A DNA stretch of 61,749 nucleotides, the filler included, from Choristocarpus tenellus KU-1152 (Eukaryota; Protista; Phaeophyceae), in assembly GCA_964200185.2 (NCBI GenBank). It is 14 parts of 14 records of this genome, joined end to end, with 100 filler letters (N's around TTAATTAATTAA, not from the genome) between each part and the next. Parts side by side here need not be neighbours in the genome. Positions count along the whole stretch, not along the records: positions 11,296 to 15,891 come from CAXNAD020013856.1; positions 15,992 to 19,437 come from CAXNAD020019977.1; positions 19,538 to 22,144 come from CAXNAD020026331.1; positions 22,245 to 29,233 come from CAXNAD020006917.1; 10 more parts are not named here. The stretch is one strand, 5' to 3'. The notes under the pieces were generated by a model, which was not told the DNA's origin, searched no databases, and saw only the letters and a program-made list of their open reading frames with translations. This document shows, piece by piece, positions 13,159 to 25,780 of this stretch. The translations under genes and the position numbers were made by a program. Within the stretch, counting starts at the first letter, position 1. Each line of letters starts with the position of its first letter.

Positions 13159-13604
13159 CAGCAGATGGTACGGGTAGGAACACCCCCAACAGAAGTCCCC
13201 TGACAGTGCTCAGCGGCAGCAGCTGCACCACTGCCACCAGCACTGAGGAGAATCCATTCATTCGATCAATTGCAGGGGCTGGGGCTGGGGCTGGGGCAAC
13301 CAGAGCAAAACGTTCAGTGTCCAGAGGAGGAACTAGTGAGTCTGCGGCATCATCGCCTGAGCTAATAAGTCACTTGTTGACCCTTGGGGGGGAGGGGAAA
13401 CCTAATAACCGTGTGAAAGAGTTGGTTGGGGGTAAGAGTAGTGACAACGGTGGGGGCAGGCTTGATGCGTTCCCTCCTCCGGCCCAGAGTGACTCCCACG
13501 CAGGCTGGACCTCGAGGCATGTTGAAGGAGGGAGGCAGCGGCGGACATCTCCGACAGGAGCACTAGCCACAGGGCGGTTGAGGGACTTAACCAATGAGAT
13601 GTAG
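13159..13604 (+). CDS. Probable last exon of the same gene
   Basis: Pyrimidine tract then TAG CAG CAG acceptors, phase compatible with 11763; open to TAG at 13604. Confidence 0.6.
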
Positions 13605-15824
13605 CTCCTGTGGCCTCAGTGTTCAAAAAAAAGCCTTGTCTCTGGAGCGCCTCAGTCCGTATTTTGATGTCGTGCTTTCCGCCCCTATTTGCTTCACCCC
13701 TTGTGTGTACTGGGGGGTGGTGTGCCAATGTACGGGCTTGTAGCTGTTAGTTGTGGTTGTTGTTGTTGTTTGTCGAAATGTGTTTGAAGTGTTACCCCTG
13801 GTGCTATACGTATGTGTGGAGTGTGTGAATGGCTGGTGTGGAGGTTCAGAGGGGGTACAACAGGTCTGAGTTCTTTCTGTGGTTGGATGCGTCTCTTGTG
13901 AGGCAACAGACCAGCAGGGCGTGTGTTTTAAGAAGTGGGAGGGTTGCAAGCAGTGCTTGATTCATTGGTGGGGTGATAGGCAGGCCCTCGAGTGTCCTCC
14001 CCCTGGTCAACCAACAGAAATAAATGTGTAGGTTTAACAATCGTAGACTTGGTAAACCTTTGGGGGGGTTTTACCTTTTTGTCATCAATATGAAATGCGT
14101 CCATTTATGTCTGTCTCATCTTGGTGGTTGTGCTTTATTTTATGCGTGTGTGTGTATGTGTATCATACTTCTTTTTTTCCAAATAGCAGAACACCATCGA
14201 ATGTTTGTGCTATTCCAACATTATTCGATGAAGCGACAGGTGTGTTCTACACTTTCTTGTGTAGTTAGTATATGCTTCAAAAACCATCCTCCTTGTCGGA
14301 AGTGGTACTGACTCAACCTGAGAGTGCCAACAAAGCAAGACCCTAACCTTAGATCAGGATTATATAATCGTGACGGGCCACTATAAATGTAGTTTTAATG
14401 AGTGCGTCGCTCATGCTCTACTGATGGTGGTGACAAGAAGGGTCGGATTCCTACCTTCATAGGATTATATTTCAAATTGATTTTGTGGTGTGGCAGAGGG
14501 AAGAATGAATACGGACCTTGGCCATACCCATGCGCTTGCTTCGGAGTAATGTTTGTTAAAAGGTTCTAAACGGTAGTGAATTAACTATGAAGAGATTGAA
14601 AGGGGAAGAGATGTAGGGCAAATGTACCCTGTTGACTCGAAGCGATATTTAGATGATCCCATTGGCACTAATAATGTTGCTTTTCATGTGTGAAATGTTC
14701 TCTATTATTACTAGTATCAATTTTGACGCGGACTATTTAGTTGCATGTATAGGAAGGAAGGTGGATAGGTCGTTATTGAGTCTGAGGGTTTAAAAAGAGC
14801 AAGAATCGTAGAGCAACAAAAATATATATATGCTTCAATGTATATGATGAGTAGTAAGGATGGTTGTGACTGCTAACACGTAAAAGAGTCTCATACAAAA
14901 ATCACTACAGGAAACAGCCAGGGACACGGGTTGGCACATCTCGAGATGGATCATGATGCGCGAAATGGAAACGTACCTCATTCAATGAACGGAGTCGGAA
15001 GGGATCGGTTTTTGAAGCAACAATGGTGGGGGAGTTGATCTATCTATGATGAGATGTTAGAGTAACCAATGAGCTAAAAATAATAGTATTCTATTCGTAT
15101 GCATTTCACCCGGACTTGACGCACTATGTGTGGCGTTAATATAACAGTAAAATACTACTAGTAATAGTGTCTATCACGTTGTTAGAATCTGAATAGGGTG
15201 GAGGAAATTACATATTTTGTATTATAATACAGTGGAAATTGCAACTTTGCCGTCCATTTTCTACGTTGTTCGAATTCTACTTGATTAAGTCATAATAATA
15301 GTCCGGAGTACTTCTAAGTAGTAATTGGGTGACGCAATGTGGGTTCATGGTGGGCGTAAGTCAACCTTAATTTTCCCCGATATATATTATGGTGAGTATC
15401 CTGCATCGTTTGCGTAACGGTCTGCATATTTATGTCGTACTCTTCATGCAGTCAACAAAAATTAGTTTAGCTTTTTTCCCCCTTTCACTATTCTTCTTTC
15501 CTACTTCTATGTATGTTTGTACAACATATTCTATGTTTGTACATGATATTGTGTTCTTTCTTGTTACTGCAAAAATATCAATTCCCGCATGTCTCAGATC
15601 TGTGCTATAGCACTCAAAAAAGAACGTCCAGTACCATACCCAGACTTACGGTCTAAAAGTGGGGTGCACAATCAGTCTCAAGAAAGGGAGGGACAACGGC
15701 AAATAATTAAAGGGTTTTTTTCCTCCATGATGTCTTGTGCGCAAAACGAACGCTTTTCAAGGAGGTAAACACTATAGCACTATAGATAATTTGTTTGATT
15801 ACGTACGCAAAAGGTACATACCCA

Positions 15825-15891
15825 GGCTCAAAGTATCTGGGGGGGGTGGCGGCTGTCCATTTGGGGTCATTTTTTCATGTCGCGATTTTTG
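15825..15891 (-). mobile_element. MITE family B, cut by contig end
   Basis: GGCTCAAAGTATCT-16 nt-GTCCATTTGGGG. Confidence 0.9.
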
Positions 15892-15991
15892 NNNNNNNNN
15901 NNNNNNNNNNNNNNNNNNNNNNNNNNNNNNNNNNNTTAATTAATTAANNNNNNNNNNNNNNNNNNNNNNNNNNNNNNNNNNNNNNNNNNNN

Positions 15992-16049
15992 AACATTGTA
16001 TTTCGACCCCCAAATGGACGAGGCTCTACCCTCTAAGATACTTTGGCTC
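15992..16049 (-). mobile_element. MITE family A, terminal fragment
   Basis: CCCCAAATGGAC...TACCCTCTAAGATACTTTGGCTC. Confidence 0.9.
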
Positions 16050-17330
16050 ACGTGCGACATTATCTGATCCTGCAAACGGCTTTGGTACAGGGAGGAAGGG
16101 ATATTGCCCAGTACTCTGAGGGAGAGAACATGCTGCCCAGAGGGTTTAAGTGGAAGAGGTCCTGGCTAATTGTCTGGATCCCACAACCAAACTTTTTGGA
16201 TTCAAGAGAATAAGCATGATGGAAGAAATTTTTGGGCAGGTTGAGTTGGAAGTTACACGCATGATGCAAACTTAATATTTTATATAATTGCGTGTAGGAT
16301 ATTTTGTGGATTGTATTGAAATTGTTCATACAATAGAGAAATCAAGACCCAAAGTATCTTGGGGGGGGGGGGGGGGTCGAGTCCAATGTGTGTCTTTTGG
16401 GNNNNNNNNNNGTGTGGGGGGGGGGGGGGGTTGGGGTCTACACCACGGTGTTCATTTCGGTCAAAATCAGGAAAAGTGCATTTACATTATCCATCCGACA
16501 TATGCAACCAAATCACCCAAAAATCGCTACATGAAAAAAATGACTCCAAATGGACAGCCGCCACCCTCCCCCCAGATACGTCGAGCCCAAAGTTCTCAAG
16601 TCAAACTTAGTACTTCATCCATAAAATATGGATGAACTGGAAAAGATCGAAAAACTTGCTTATCATACAAAAATGACCAAGTACTGTTTACCTCTCGTTT
16701 ACTTTGGCTCGATGGAATGAGCTTCAACACCTCAGCATAGTGGGGTCCCTTGGAGGTGACGAGCATTGGTCTGACAGGTTCATTGCCAGGCATGCGGCAA
16801 TCCTGTTCTATTGGGTGCTTAATCTTGTCAGTGAGTCGAAGTAAACAAGGGGTACCTGGAGTTGCATTATAAGGATGCTCACAAAATATGCGCAAATTTC
16901 TGCTTTTTTTTCAAATGCGTAGTGAATATTTTCTGAATTTATGTCAAAAAGTATCAAAAAGTAGAGAAATTAACACTCTAAAGTCAAACGTGGCATTTCA
17001 TCCATAGAAATATGGGTGAAATGCAAGAAATAATAAACTGGCTTGAAATGCTGAGCAGCCAAACCTGGATACCTCTCGTTCAATTTGAACTTGATATGAA
17101 CAGTGGAGCTTACAGCAACCCACTCAATCAAGTGTTGGCGGGAAAGGAACTCAAAATTTACATGCCAGGCCAAAATTGCCTCCTCAATTTTGGACATTTC
17201 TGCCACACAACCAGACTCAGAGCGTAACGTTCTCAGCATCTAGGAATATTTCCACCTAAGAATGAGCAGGGTGGACCCAAGTTATGTAAAACTCCGTATG
17301 TCTTCCTTCGCAACACATGGATGAATGAGG
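16050..17330 (+). pseudogene. Decayed hAT transposase (C-terminal dimerisation domain recognisable)
   Basis: 17127-17300 reads IKCWRERNSKFTCQAKIASSILDISATQPDSERNVLSI*EYFHLRMSRVDPSYV, matching WW..FPxLxxxAxxxLxIPATSxxSERxFS..RxRLxP. Upstream extent is uncertain. Confidence 0.65.
16346..16587 (+). mobile_element. MITE family B with CAA TSD (internal 10-N gap)
   Basis: CAA|GACCCAAAGTATCT ... AGATACGTCGAGCC|CAA. Confidence 0.85.
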
Positions 17331-19387
17331 TGGATGCGTGGGAGGCTGCAAAGAAAGGCAACAGAAAGGACACACCTGAAGAAGGCTGAAGCAGCAACAA
17401 TGTGTAGCCACACATAACCTATACCTACACAGTATAAAAAGATAAATAATGCAACATATGTTGAATCTAAAATATCTCGTTCGGCGATGTCATCAAAATT
17501 CTTCAGTCCCTTCTTCTCCAAAACAAACATAATACTATACATGTAGAAAAAGTCTCCCAGCCATCATATCAAAGTATGTCTAGTAGTGGTGTGAAGAAAG
17601 AGCGCCGAAATGCAAAGTACCTTAATCCATGTAGCCTCCAGAATGGTCCGTCACCAGTTGGGGGGCGTTTTGCCTCGCGGTCGTCGTCGGGTCGTCCGGC
17701 ACTGTGTGAAGCGCACCTCGCCCCATGGGTCTGAGCACGTTTTGATTTTAATCGAATGCATGAAAAAATTCGAGCCGACTTACCTTGCACTCATATATGG
17801 ATTCGATTCACAACACTGCGTTTATACACGATAAAATGGTGCCTGATATCTTCAAATCGTGTGTACGTGTTAGATAAGCTAACATCGACAAATCGGGATT
17901 TGTATATCACGTCACCCCCCATATCTGATGACCAACCAGTGCGACCCTTTGCCACTGATTTCCAGTCACCACCCCACCCATCAACCCCACTCAACCCCAC
18001 ACCACTTACCACTCCACCACACTATTCAACACCACTCCCCCACGCCACTCAACATCACTCCACCATTATGCAAGAACACCCCTTCATCATCCACTTCATA
18101 CCGTGCCTTTGAACTAGACGACATCTACCCCACCCAAACTTGACCTTCCCTCCCTTTACCCAGCATCCCAATCGGTCGTGAGCAAGTGAAAGGGTGGGCG
18201 GGAGAGCTTGCTCGGAGGTTGTCTTGTTCTAGCCCTCCTCGTCTTGTACCACCAGCCCTAGGTTTTCTTTTCATACTTACTATTCCTTTCCTTGTGCCTC
18301 CACCTACCTTAACTTCTCTCCTACCTCTTCTGTCTCCTAATCACTCAGCACTTTACTCTTCGTCCACCCCTTATCTACTCTTTCTTTTTCCTTCCTCACC
18401 CCTCCCTTCCCTGTACCACATTACTACCAGAATTCTCCCGTCCACAAAATTTAGATTATTTCATATACTTTCCCATTTTTTTGACACAAGTTTATGAAGC
18501 ACAATTAGTTAAATCATTATTTGTCCTAGGTGTGCAAGATTAGGGTTTATCGATTGTTCTTTCGTACTATGTTACAACATACTATTAGTACAAGATTGAG
18601 TTGTGCACGATTGTTCTTTTGTGTAGATCACAACTTAAGACCTGTATATCAAGATGAGGTAGGGACAGATCAGAGATACACAATTCTCTTCTCTTGACAA
18701 ATAGGACAAATCATTTTTACGCGTTGATAGAGTGGGTAGTAATATATACAAATCAAGTGTATATGGCAAACAACAAGGTTATACAATCAAATCGGGATTT
18801 GCACACCATTCCTCAACATTGAGTTGTACCCAGTACATGATTTTGTGGTACAAAATTCCTGGGTAGAATTGATTCGTACATCTACAATACTCCCTCAACC
18901 TTGACATACAAATATCTGCACTTACTTTCTCTCTACTGATCTATGAAAAACAAATATCTTATATCATGGTTTGTCTGGTGTGTTAATAGACTCAACAACT
19001 GCCTAACCCAAACCCAAACCCTAACCCTTAACTTGAATGGTTCAATGAAGATCTCATATATTCTTCGCATTACTTCTTTGTCATACTATACTAAAGTAAC
19101 AATACCATTCTGAATTATGATGATGATGTGTAAATTTGCATGTAGAATACAGAGCCAAAGAAAACAAGAGGTGCCCAAGTATTGGTCTTTCTATATTTTA
19201 ATCCACTTTTTTCATCTTTTGCAATTCGACCTTGTTTCTATGGTTGAAGTGCCAAGATTGACATGAGAGCGTTGATTTCTCTTTTGTTAAAAACTTGTAC
19301 AGAATGAGTTAAATTTCCTACACGCATTTGTACAAAAAGTCGAATTTTGCACAAAACTGTCAGCATCCTCAAAATGCAACCTTGAGT

Positions 19388-19437
19388 GAGTGAAAGTATC
19401 TTAGAGGGTACGAGTTTTGCCCTGTTTGTCCATTTGG
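19388..19437 (-). mobile_element. MITE family A, cut by contig end
   Basis: GAGTGAAAGTATCTTAGAGGGTACGAGTTTTGCCCTGTTTGTCCATTTGG. Confidence 0.92.
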
Positions 19438-19548
19438 NNNNNNNNNNNNNNNNNNNNNNNNNNNNNNNNNNNNNNNNNNNNTTAATTAATTAANNNNNNN
19501 NNNNNNNNNNNNNNNNNNNNNNNNNNNNNNNNNNNNNGTTCAGCACAT

Positions 19549-19729
19549 AATCCAAAGTATCTGGGCGGGGGGGGGGGTCTACACCATGGTGTCCATTTGG
19601 GTCAAAATCAGGAAACGTGCATTTATTTACATTATCCATCCGACGTATGCAACCAAACCACCCAAAAATCGCGACATGAAAAAAATGACCACAAATGGAC
19701 AGCCGCTACCCCCCCAGACACTTTGAACC
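19549..19729 (+). mobile_element. MITE family B, full length
   Basis: Both ends present; flanks ACAT/GCAT. Confidence 0.9.
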
Positions 19730-21099
19730 GCATCCACTGCTTGTCGCTCCTTCTCCTCCCTCAAATCTTTTGCTGGACGCACCACCCTGAAGTTTCCACC
19801 TATCTTAATCCAAACATTTTTGGTAAGGCCACAGAATAGTTATTATTTAATATAAATATTATTATTATTGCTATTATCATTATATTATTATTATTATTTC
19901 TCCACATCAGTCTCAAGGTCTCAGGCTCATGGTCAGATGGAAGCCAGAGGAAAATTATTACATAAAAAAAAAAACTTACGAGAGAAAAGAGATGGGAGAT
20001 GAATAAAGAAAGAGAAAAAACAAAATAAACAGTCTCCCCAATGAAGCAAAGAATCCCAAGACCTGGAAGGTGTCAATGGAGAAGTCTGTCATACTCTACC
20101 TGATGCGCCAGATGACATGCCACTGTCCTTGCCTGAAGTCAGTGGTGATGCATTAGATTCTGTTCCATTTGTTAGTGATGCAACTTCTACTTCTGTTCCC
20201 TATGTGGCTGGTGATACTCCTGAGTCCATGCTCGCTGTGAAGATTTGAGTACCCTCTGCGGATGACTGTTCATATCCCGTCAGTGATGCAGTGTCAATTC
20301 CAACTGTGTCTGCTTGTAACCCCAGTGGAAAATATTGTGGTTAGATGATCAATGTACGTGACAAACATCCCCATTGTATCCAAACACTAACAGTACTACC
20401 AGATACACATCTGTTTACCTTTTCAATATTTCGCCACTGAATATTGATTGGTTCAATTCAGGTTTGTTAAAATTGTTTATGACAATGTTCTTTTTTTTTG
20501 CCGAGCAGCAACGTCATCCCTCAAAAATGAATGAATTATTTTTTTCTGTAACATTGTGGTGTTGGCAGTCGCCTCTGTTATCAGACTGATCTTGATTTTT
20601 TGAAAAAGTTGCCCAACGAGTTAATCGACGATCAGCATAGGAATGAAAGATCTTGATCTAAGCTATTGATTTACGGGACGTAATTCGGTTTCATTCAATA
20701 AAGTGGAACCAATAGCTTCGCGGTCTACGGCAATCTTGCTTTTTTTCAGTGTCCGACCACCAGATGTATGCAACAATATAAATATCAAATGAATGCCTAT
20801 GCCAAGAGGAGTTGAAGAATTTTATGCAGGAATGTATTAACTCCAGTGAACAGGAACTATATCCCGATCAAAGAATGCCAAAAAAGCGGGGGAATAATTC
20901 CGGTGCAATTTTGATGGTCACAATCTCAAAAAGGCACAAAAATGAAGTGGTTGGCTGTATTCCCCGCAAAAACCTGGTCTGGCATACGCCCTGTCTAAGT
21001 ACGGCGCGGTTGTCCCTACCAAAAAAATCCAAGATTTTCTGACATCTTCTGAATGCCTTTCTTTGCCGACTTTCCGTGAACGCACACACACATGACCCA

Positions 21100-21840
21100 C
21101 ACAGCAATATGAACCACGACGGTGAGAAAAGGAGAGCCACCCAGGCCACTCTGCCCCCTGGATCTACCCTCGGCACCTTCCCTGTCGAGAGGCGACAGAA
21201 AAAAAGTACCGTGTGAGACTCAGTGCGATGTTAGGTGACGAGAAAGTGCTTGTAATGTGGCGCAGCAACATACGATCAAATCGCGAAATGGACCACGCGG
21301 CCGCGACATTGACGCTGAGAGAAGAGGCATTGAAAGCATTACCACACAAACGTGGTTGGATCTTCAACCGATACGGAGCACTGCTCCGCAGTCTCTGCCG
21401 GGTCGGGAAGCAGGAAGAGAGCGGCAAGTGCATCACCGGGTAGTACAGTGACGAAGTCTGTGGGGAAGCCTGGTCACGGCTGGCGAAGGGAGAACCAGGG
21501 TGGCCGGCCAAAGGGAAGGTTGGGGAGGAGAGCAGTGCGACTGCGTGCCATTGCGCTCAGGAAATGCCTAAGCAAAAGCCCAGGTGTAGAATATCTTAGT
21601 AGTCGACGAAAAAGACCATAAACGTCGCTCGAGATAGCAGCAGGATATGCAATGGTCACAGCGAAAACTGTGAGTAAATGGGAGAGAGACTTCCTAACTA
21701 AGGGCCATATCAAGGTGTCGGAGCAAGGGCCCTACGAGAGGCGTTTCGTTCTGGATCTCGGCGAGGACATCCTTCCCGAGGTTAAAGTGGGTGTGCGTAC
21801 GCACAGGAAGAAAGGGTGGGGAGACTTTTCCCCTGTCTAA
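21100..21840 (+). pseudogene. Possible N-terminal part of an IS630/Tc1-like transposase
   Basis: AKTVSKWERDFLTKGHIKVSEQGPYERRFVLDLGEDILPEVK resembles the TxxxWxxxF...G...SxQG...LxxED region of eukaryotic IS630-like transposases; no DDE core present; stops upstream. Confidence 0.4.
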
Positions 21841-22079
21841 CCCTATACTTTAATCAAGTAATAGTGTCAAGTAATATTGTATCTGTTGCCACTATTGGTG
21901 ACCTACAATCCGGGGTTCGAACCCCAATATGAGCACTCTTTCTTAAAAAAAAATGGAAAAAACGAAACTCATACTTTGGAGGGCATTGTGACGGGCACCA
22001 CAAATATGCTTTATTTTTGTAATTCGATGTCTACATCAAAGGTTATGACGGGACAACCCCGGAGAGATACCTATTGGTA

Positions 22080-22144
22080 GGCTCAAAGTATCTAGGGGGG
22101 GGGGGCGGCTGTCCATTTGGGGTCAATTTTTTCATGTCGCGATT
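22080..22144 (-). mobile_element. MITE family B, cut by contig end
   Basis: GGCTCAAAGTATCT...GTCCATTTGGGG. Confidence 0.9.
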
Positions 22145-22649
22145 NNNNNNNNNNNNNNNNNNNNNNNNNNNNNNNNNNNNNNNNNNNNTTAATTAATTAA
22201 NNNNNNNNNNNNNNNNNNNNNNNNNNNNNNNNNNNNNNNNNNNNAAGAAAAAGAAGTTAGCGTATGAACGTTTTTTTTTTTATCTTTTTCATGATCTATG
22301 AGACCACCCTTCAGGATCCCACCGATCCTGAAAATCGGTGCGTTACATTTTCATAAGAAATAACACATGTTTTTGGTCATCTTGTTTGTTAGGAAGTATC
22401 AATGTCCATGTTCTAGATACGGTTTTTCATAATAACCCTAACATTAACATTGTACTCACAATTGTACTCACAATTGCATCCCTAGTTTTCGCGGCATTAC
22501 CTCAGGGTACTTTTTTAAGACCATTTTCGCAAAACAACCATCCTCATAGTCCTGTACCATCCTCAATTTTGAGAAATCCCTGTTATTGGGTGTCATCTCA
22601 TCCTTGGAATATCTTGAGTCTTCACGACTGACTGACGAAAAATTCGAGC

Positions 22650-24200
22650 TCAGAGATGCAAGACTGTGAGGGTTCTAATTTTGTTCAGGAGAAATATCAG
22701 AGTGTCTTTGACTGATTAGCTCATATCCTTACCTTGAGTTTTAACGGGTGGAAAAATCCAAGATCAAAGGTAGCGATGGCTCTTGATTATTTCGAAAGTG
22801 TTGTTCGTTAGTCAGTGTACTGATGCTATTATCTTCTTGTGCCCAGTACTCAAAAATAGGATCAAAATACATCGTTTAGGGCTTCAGCGCACGAGAAGAC
22901 AGTAATGTCGACTAATTTGTTGATCAGTGAATGACACGTCTTCCCCTACAAAGTAATAAATAACTACCGCTCTATTGTATTGGCACTTGATCCTCTTGTA
23001 ACACTCAACACTGAGCAAGGGAACATCTTATACGGTGGTTGGGTGGCTCATTGTAGGCTGTAAGTGAATGAAAACAAAACAACCAAAATTGGGAGTTACT
23101 CAGAAATAGGTGTGTGCATGTGAAAATATTTCATTGATAGAAGCTACTGGATACCTGGTGGGGTTGTAGAGGAGAACGTGCAACATACTGACACTGTGAC
23201 AACTCCACTTTCTGCACGATTAATGATATCGACTATGTTTGCCATACATACACCATAAAACAGGGTGTGGAGTGAGGTATAACTTCAGTTATACTGTGCT
23301 TTCATCCTGTAGTTGGTACCACTGTTTGAGGTGTGGACCATACACTCTGCAGTCAACCTTCTTAGTGCCCTTGTCGAGGAACTCTTGTATGAGAAGAAGA
23401 GGCAAACACGGACACCTTGTGTTGGCCCTATCCACCTCAACCCATTGCTATGAATGGGACATCGTTACCGTGGCTTTGAAATCGCATTGTATACTGTGCT
23501 TCGCTGCCCTCAAACATCACAACACAAAATGCAGTGCGAACATTGTCTTGCTGTCAGTTGGAAAAGGAGAGGTTGTTACAGACACAACCATTTTGTGAAT
23601 CATCAACCAAATTGGCCAAATGTGAGCTGTAGAGTTGGAACCAATTCTGGAAACAAAAAGCGCTTGCAAAAGTTAGTGCATCTTTCTGATGGCACGTCCG
23701 AGTACACGCAGTGTATAATGCACTGTAAGAGAGGCAGGTACAATCACTATCGAGACTCACAGCTGAGTTACTAGTAAAGGATGTAACACTCAATCAATGA
23801 CCATTTTTCACACACGAGATAGGACAACAAATATATTCCAAAGCTAAGATGCTAATGTGGAAGATTCTAGCATGCTATATATACTTACATATATAGTCCT
23901 AACATTGCCTGACCAATGTCAAGACTCTGTAACTGTTTCATTCGACAACTTCAACAATGCTCAGGGCCTAGCTATAGATTACCTCCAGAGATCGCTGCTT
24001 ACTTCCAGGGTTCAATGGAAACCACACCAAATACTAACATGATACCACCACGTAGCAGAACATGCCTTCTTTATTACCCATGAAGTTCTCCCAGCACAGA
24101 TCCAACTCTTCAGGTTTGGAGCTATGTACCGTACAAAACTAGTAATGCAGAGCTGAACCTCATGGTTGCACACCACATCAACTTGCTGGGGTGTGTAGAA
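22650..24200 (-). mobile_element. Highly decayed Gypsy-like pol remnant
   Basis: Weak RT-like (MFCYV.. near 24050) and RNase H-like fragments. Confidence 0.35.
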
Positions 24201-24212
24201 TCTGTTGGGGAA

Positions 24213-25110
24213 CATCCATAACGAAAAGTTCCTCCAGGCCGGTTGGCCAGATCACCCGCTCTATGGACTGGTTGGATGATGTTCCAAACCTGAGCACCTT
24301 GAGCTTCTTATGCCATTTCACCTCCTCAATTGGCTCATTGAACTCGCCTGTGAAAAAAGAATCTTCAGTTCTTCAGGCCAAACTACTGCACCGATAGGCT
24401 GGTCAAAGTAGGATCCAAAATGAAGGCAATTGAGCTGGTCTGGTCACTTAACCCTGTCCACTGGCTGGTCAACAACCAGAGCCACGAGTTTCTCTGGCCA
24501 CCGAGCTTTGTCCACTCGATGGTTGAAGTACTTCCCAAACGCGATCACTTGGAGCTCCTCTGGAAGTGACACCCTATCAACAGGCATATCAAAAGGCAGT
24601 CCAAAATCAATCATTTATAGCATTCATGGGAGGTTCAAATTCTCCATTCGCTGACCCAATGCATCTCCGGGAAATAGAACCTTGGGTCCATCTGGCCATT
24701 CCACCCATCTACCCTTTCATTGAATGCATCCCCGAAATGGAGACGCTCAATATCTATCTGCTGGTCGTTTCACTCGGTCATCACCACCTGTTATCTACCA
24801 GTTCACTGTAACTGCGTAATCGCCCAGAGACCACACCCGACCTTGGGAGAATATCGTGGAACATTGGTCAAAAGATAAACTCCTCCAGTTATGTTGCCCA
24901 AACCAACGTTTGCGGGCAAGTTCCCTAAGATTCAGTCCCCACGTCATAAGTGTCACACGTGGACGGGGTATACGCGAGGCAACATTGGAGAACATACCCT
25001 GTGAGGTTGTACCCCTTGCCCACAACGGGCGTGGAGTTTTCTCCATCACTTTCAAGTGGCGTGTGCTGATCTCCCGGCACGCGTATACAAAGTCAATGAG
25101 GTCTGCTGCA
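24213..25110 (-). pseudogene. Intronless FNIP-repeat protein pseudogene
   Basis: About 8 repeats of ~22 aa: FGDAFNERVDG, FGLPFDMPVDRVSLPEELQVIA, FGKYFNHRVDKARWPEKL, FGSYFDQPIGAVVWPEELKIL, FNEPIEEVKWHKKLKVLRFGTSSNQSIERVIWPTGLEEL; contains stops and frameshifts. Confidence 0.8.
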
Positions 25111-25780
25111 GGACTCTTCTTTCTTTCACCTCAAGTCAAGTACCACCCGGAGTGGGGCTGTGGACACCCCTTCCTGGACGAGAAAATCGACTCGAGGCAA
25201 TCACGGCAAGGACGGTGTAACAGAAGAAAGAAATGCGTTAGCAACCAAGATGACCCAGGAAGCTGCGAGAGGTGGGTAGCATTGCAACATGTTTGCTGTG
25301 TACTATGTGTCACACTGGGTGCGCATAACATTGACTTCCTCGAGACCCCATGCACTGTTTTCACTTACACTACAACGACTCCTCACAATTTTTTCCTCTT
25401 CTTTCTTAAGCGGGGACTCCTTCTCTACGGTAGGATACCACCTAGGCATATACTCTTTTTGGCAATTCAGTCATAATATGAGGAAGATATTATGGTGTTA
25501 TGTTGTGTTGTTCAAACATCCAAACCACTACCACCACCACTTTTAGTTCTAACTTGTATAGACACAACCCACGGTTCATAAAACGTTCCGAGGCGGTTTT
25601 CCCGTTGGTAATTTCTAATATCCAGATCTAAGTGGAAGAGTCTGATCAACTGGGCATTTCACAGAGTGAAAAGAGTGTGGAGCATCACACTTATAGTCGT
25701 GCATAGGGCTGTCAGAGTCGAATAGACATATCTTTCTATATCAGAATTCCCTGTGAAGATTTGGTGAGGGAGTGCGTGTC

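Noticed and set aside
17920-17960. Hammerhead ribozyme core (CTGATGA)
   Set aside because: No correctly placed GAAA or flanking stems here or at the other CTGANGA sites checked.
20085-20330. Ser/Thr-rich minus-strand exon-like frame
   Set aside because: Internal stop and no partner exons or recognisable homology.
21860-21936. tRNA gene (GGTTCGAACCC B-box)
   Set aside because: No cloverleaf can be built; at most a decayed tRNA-derived SINE head.
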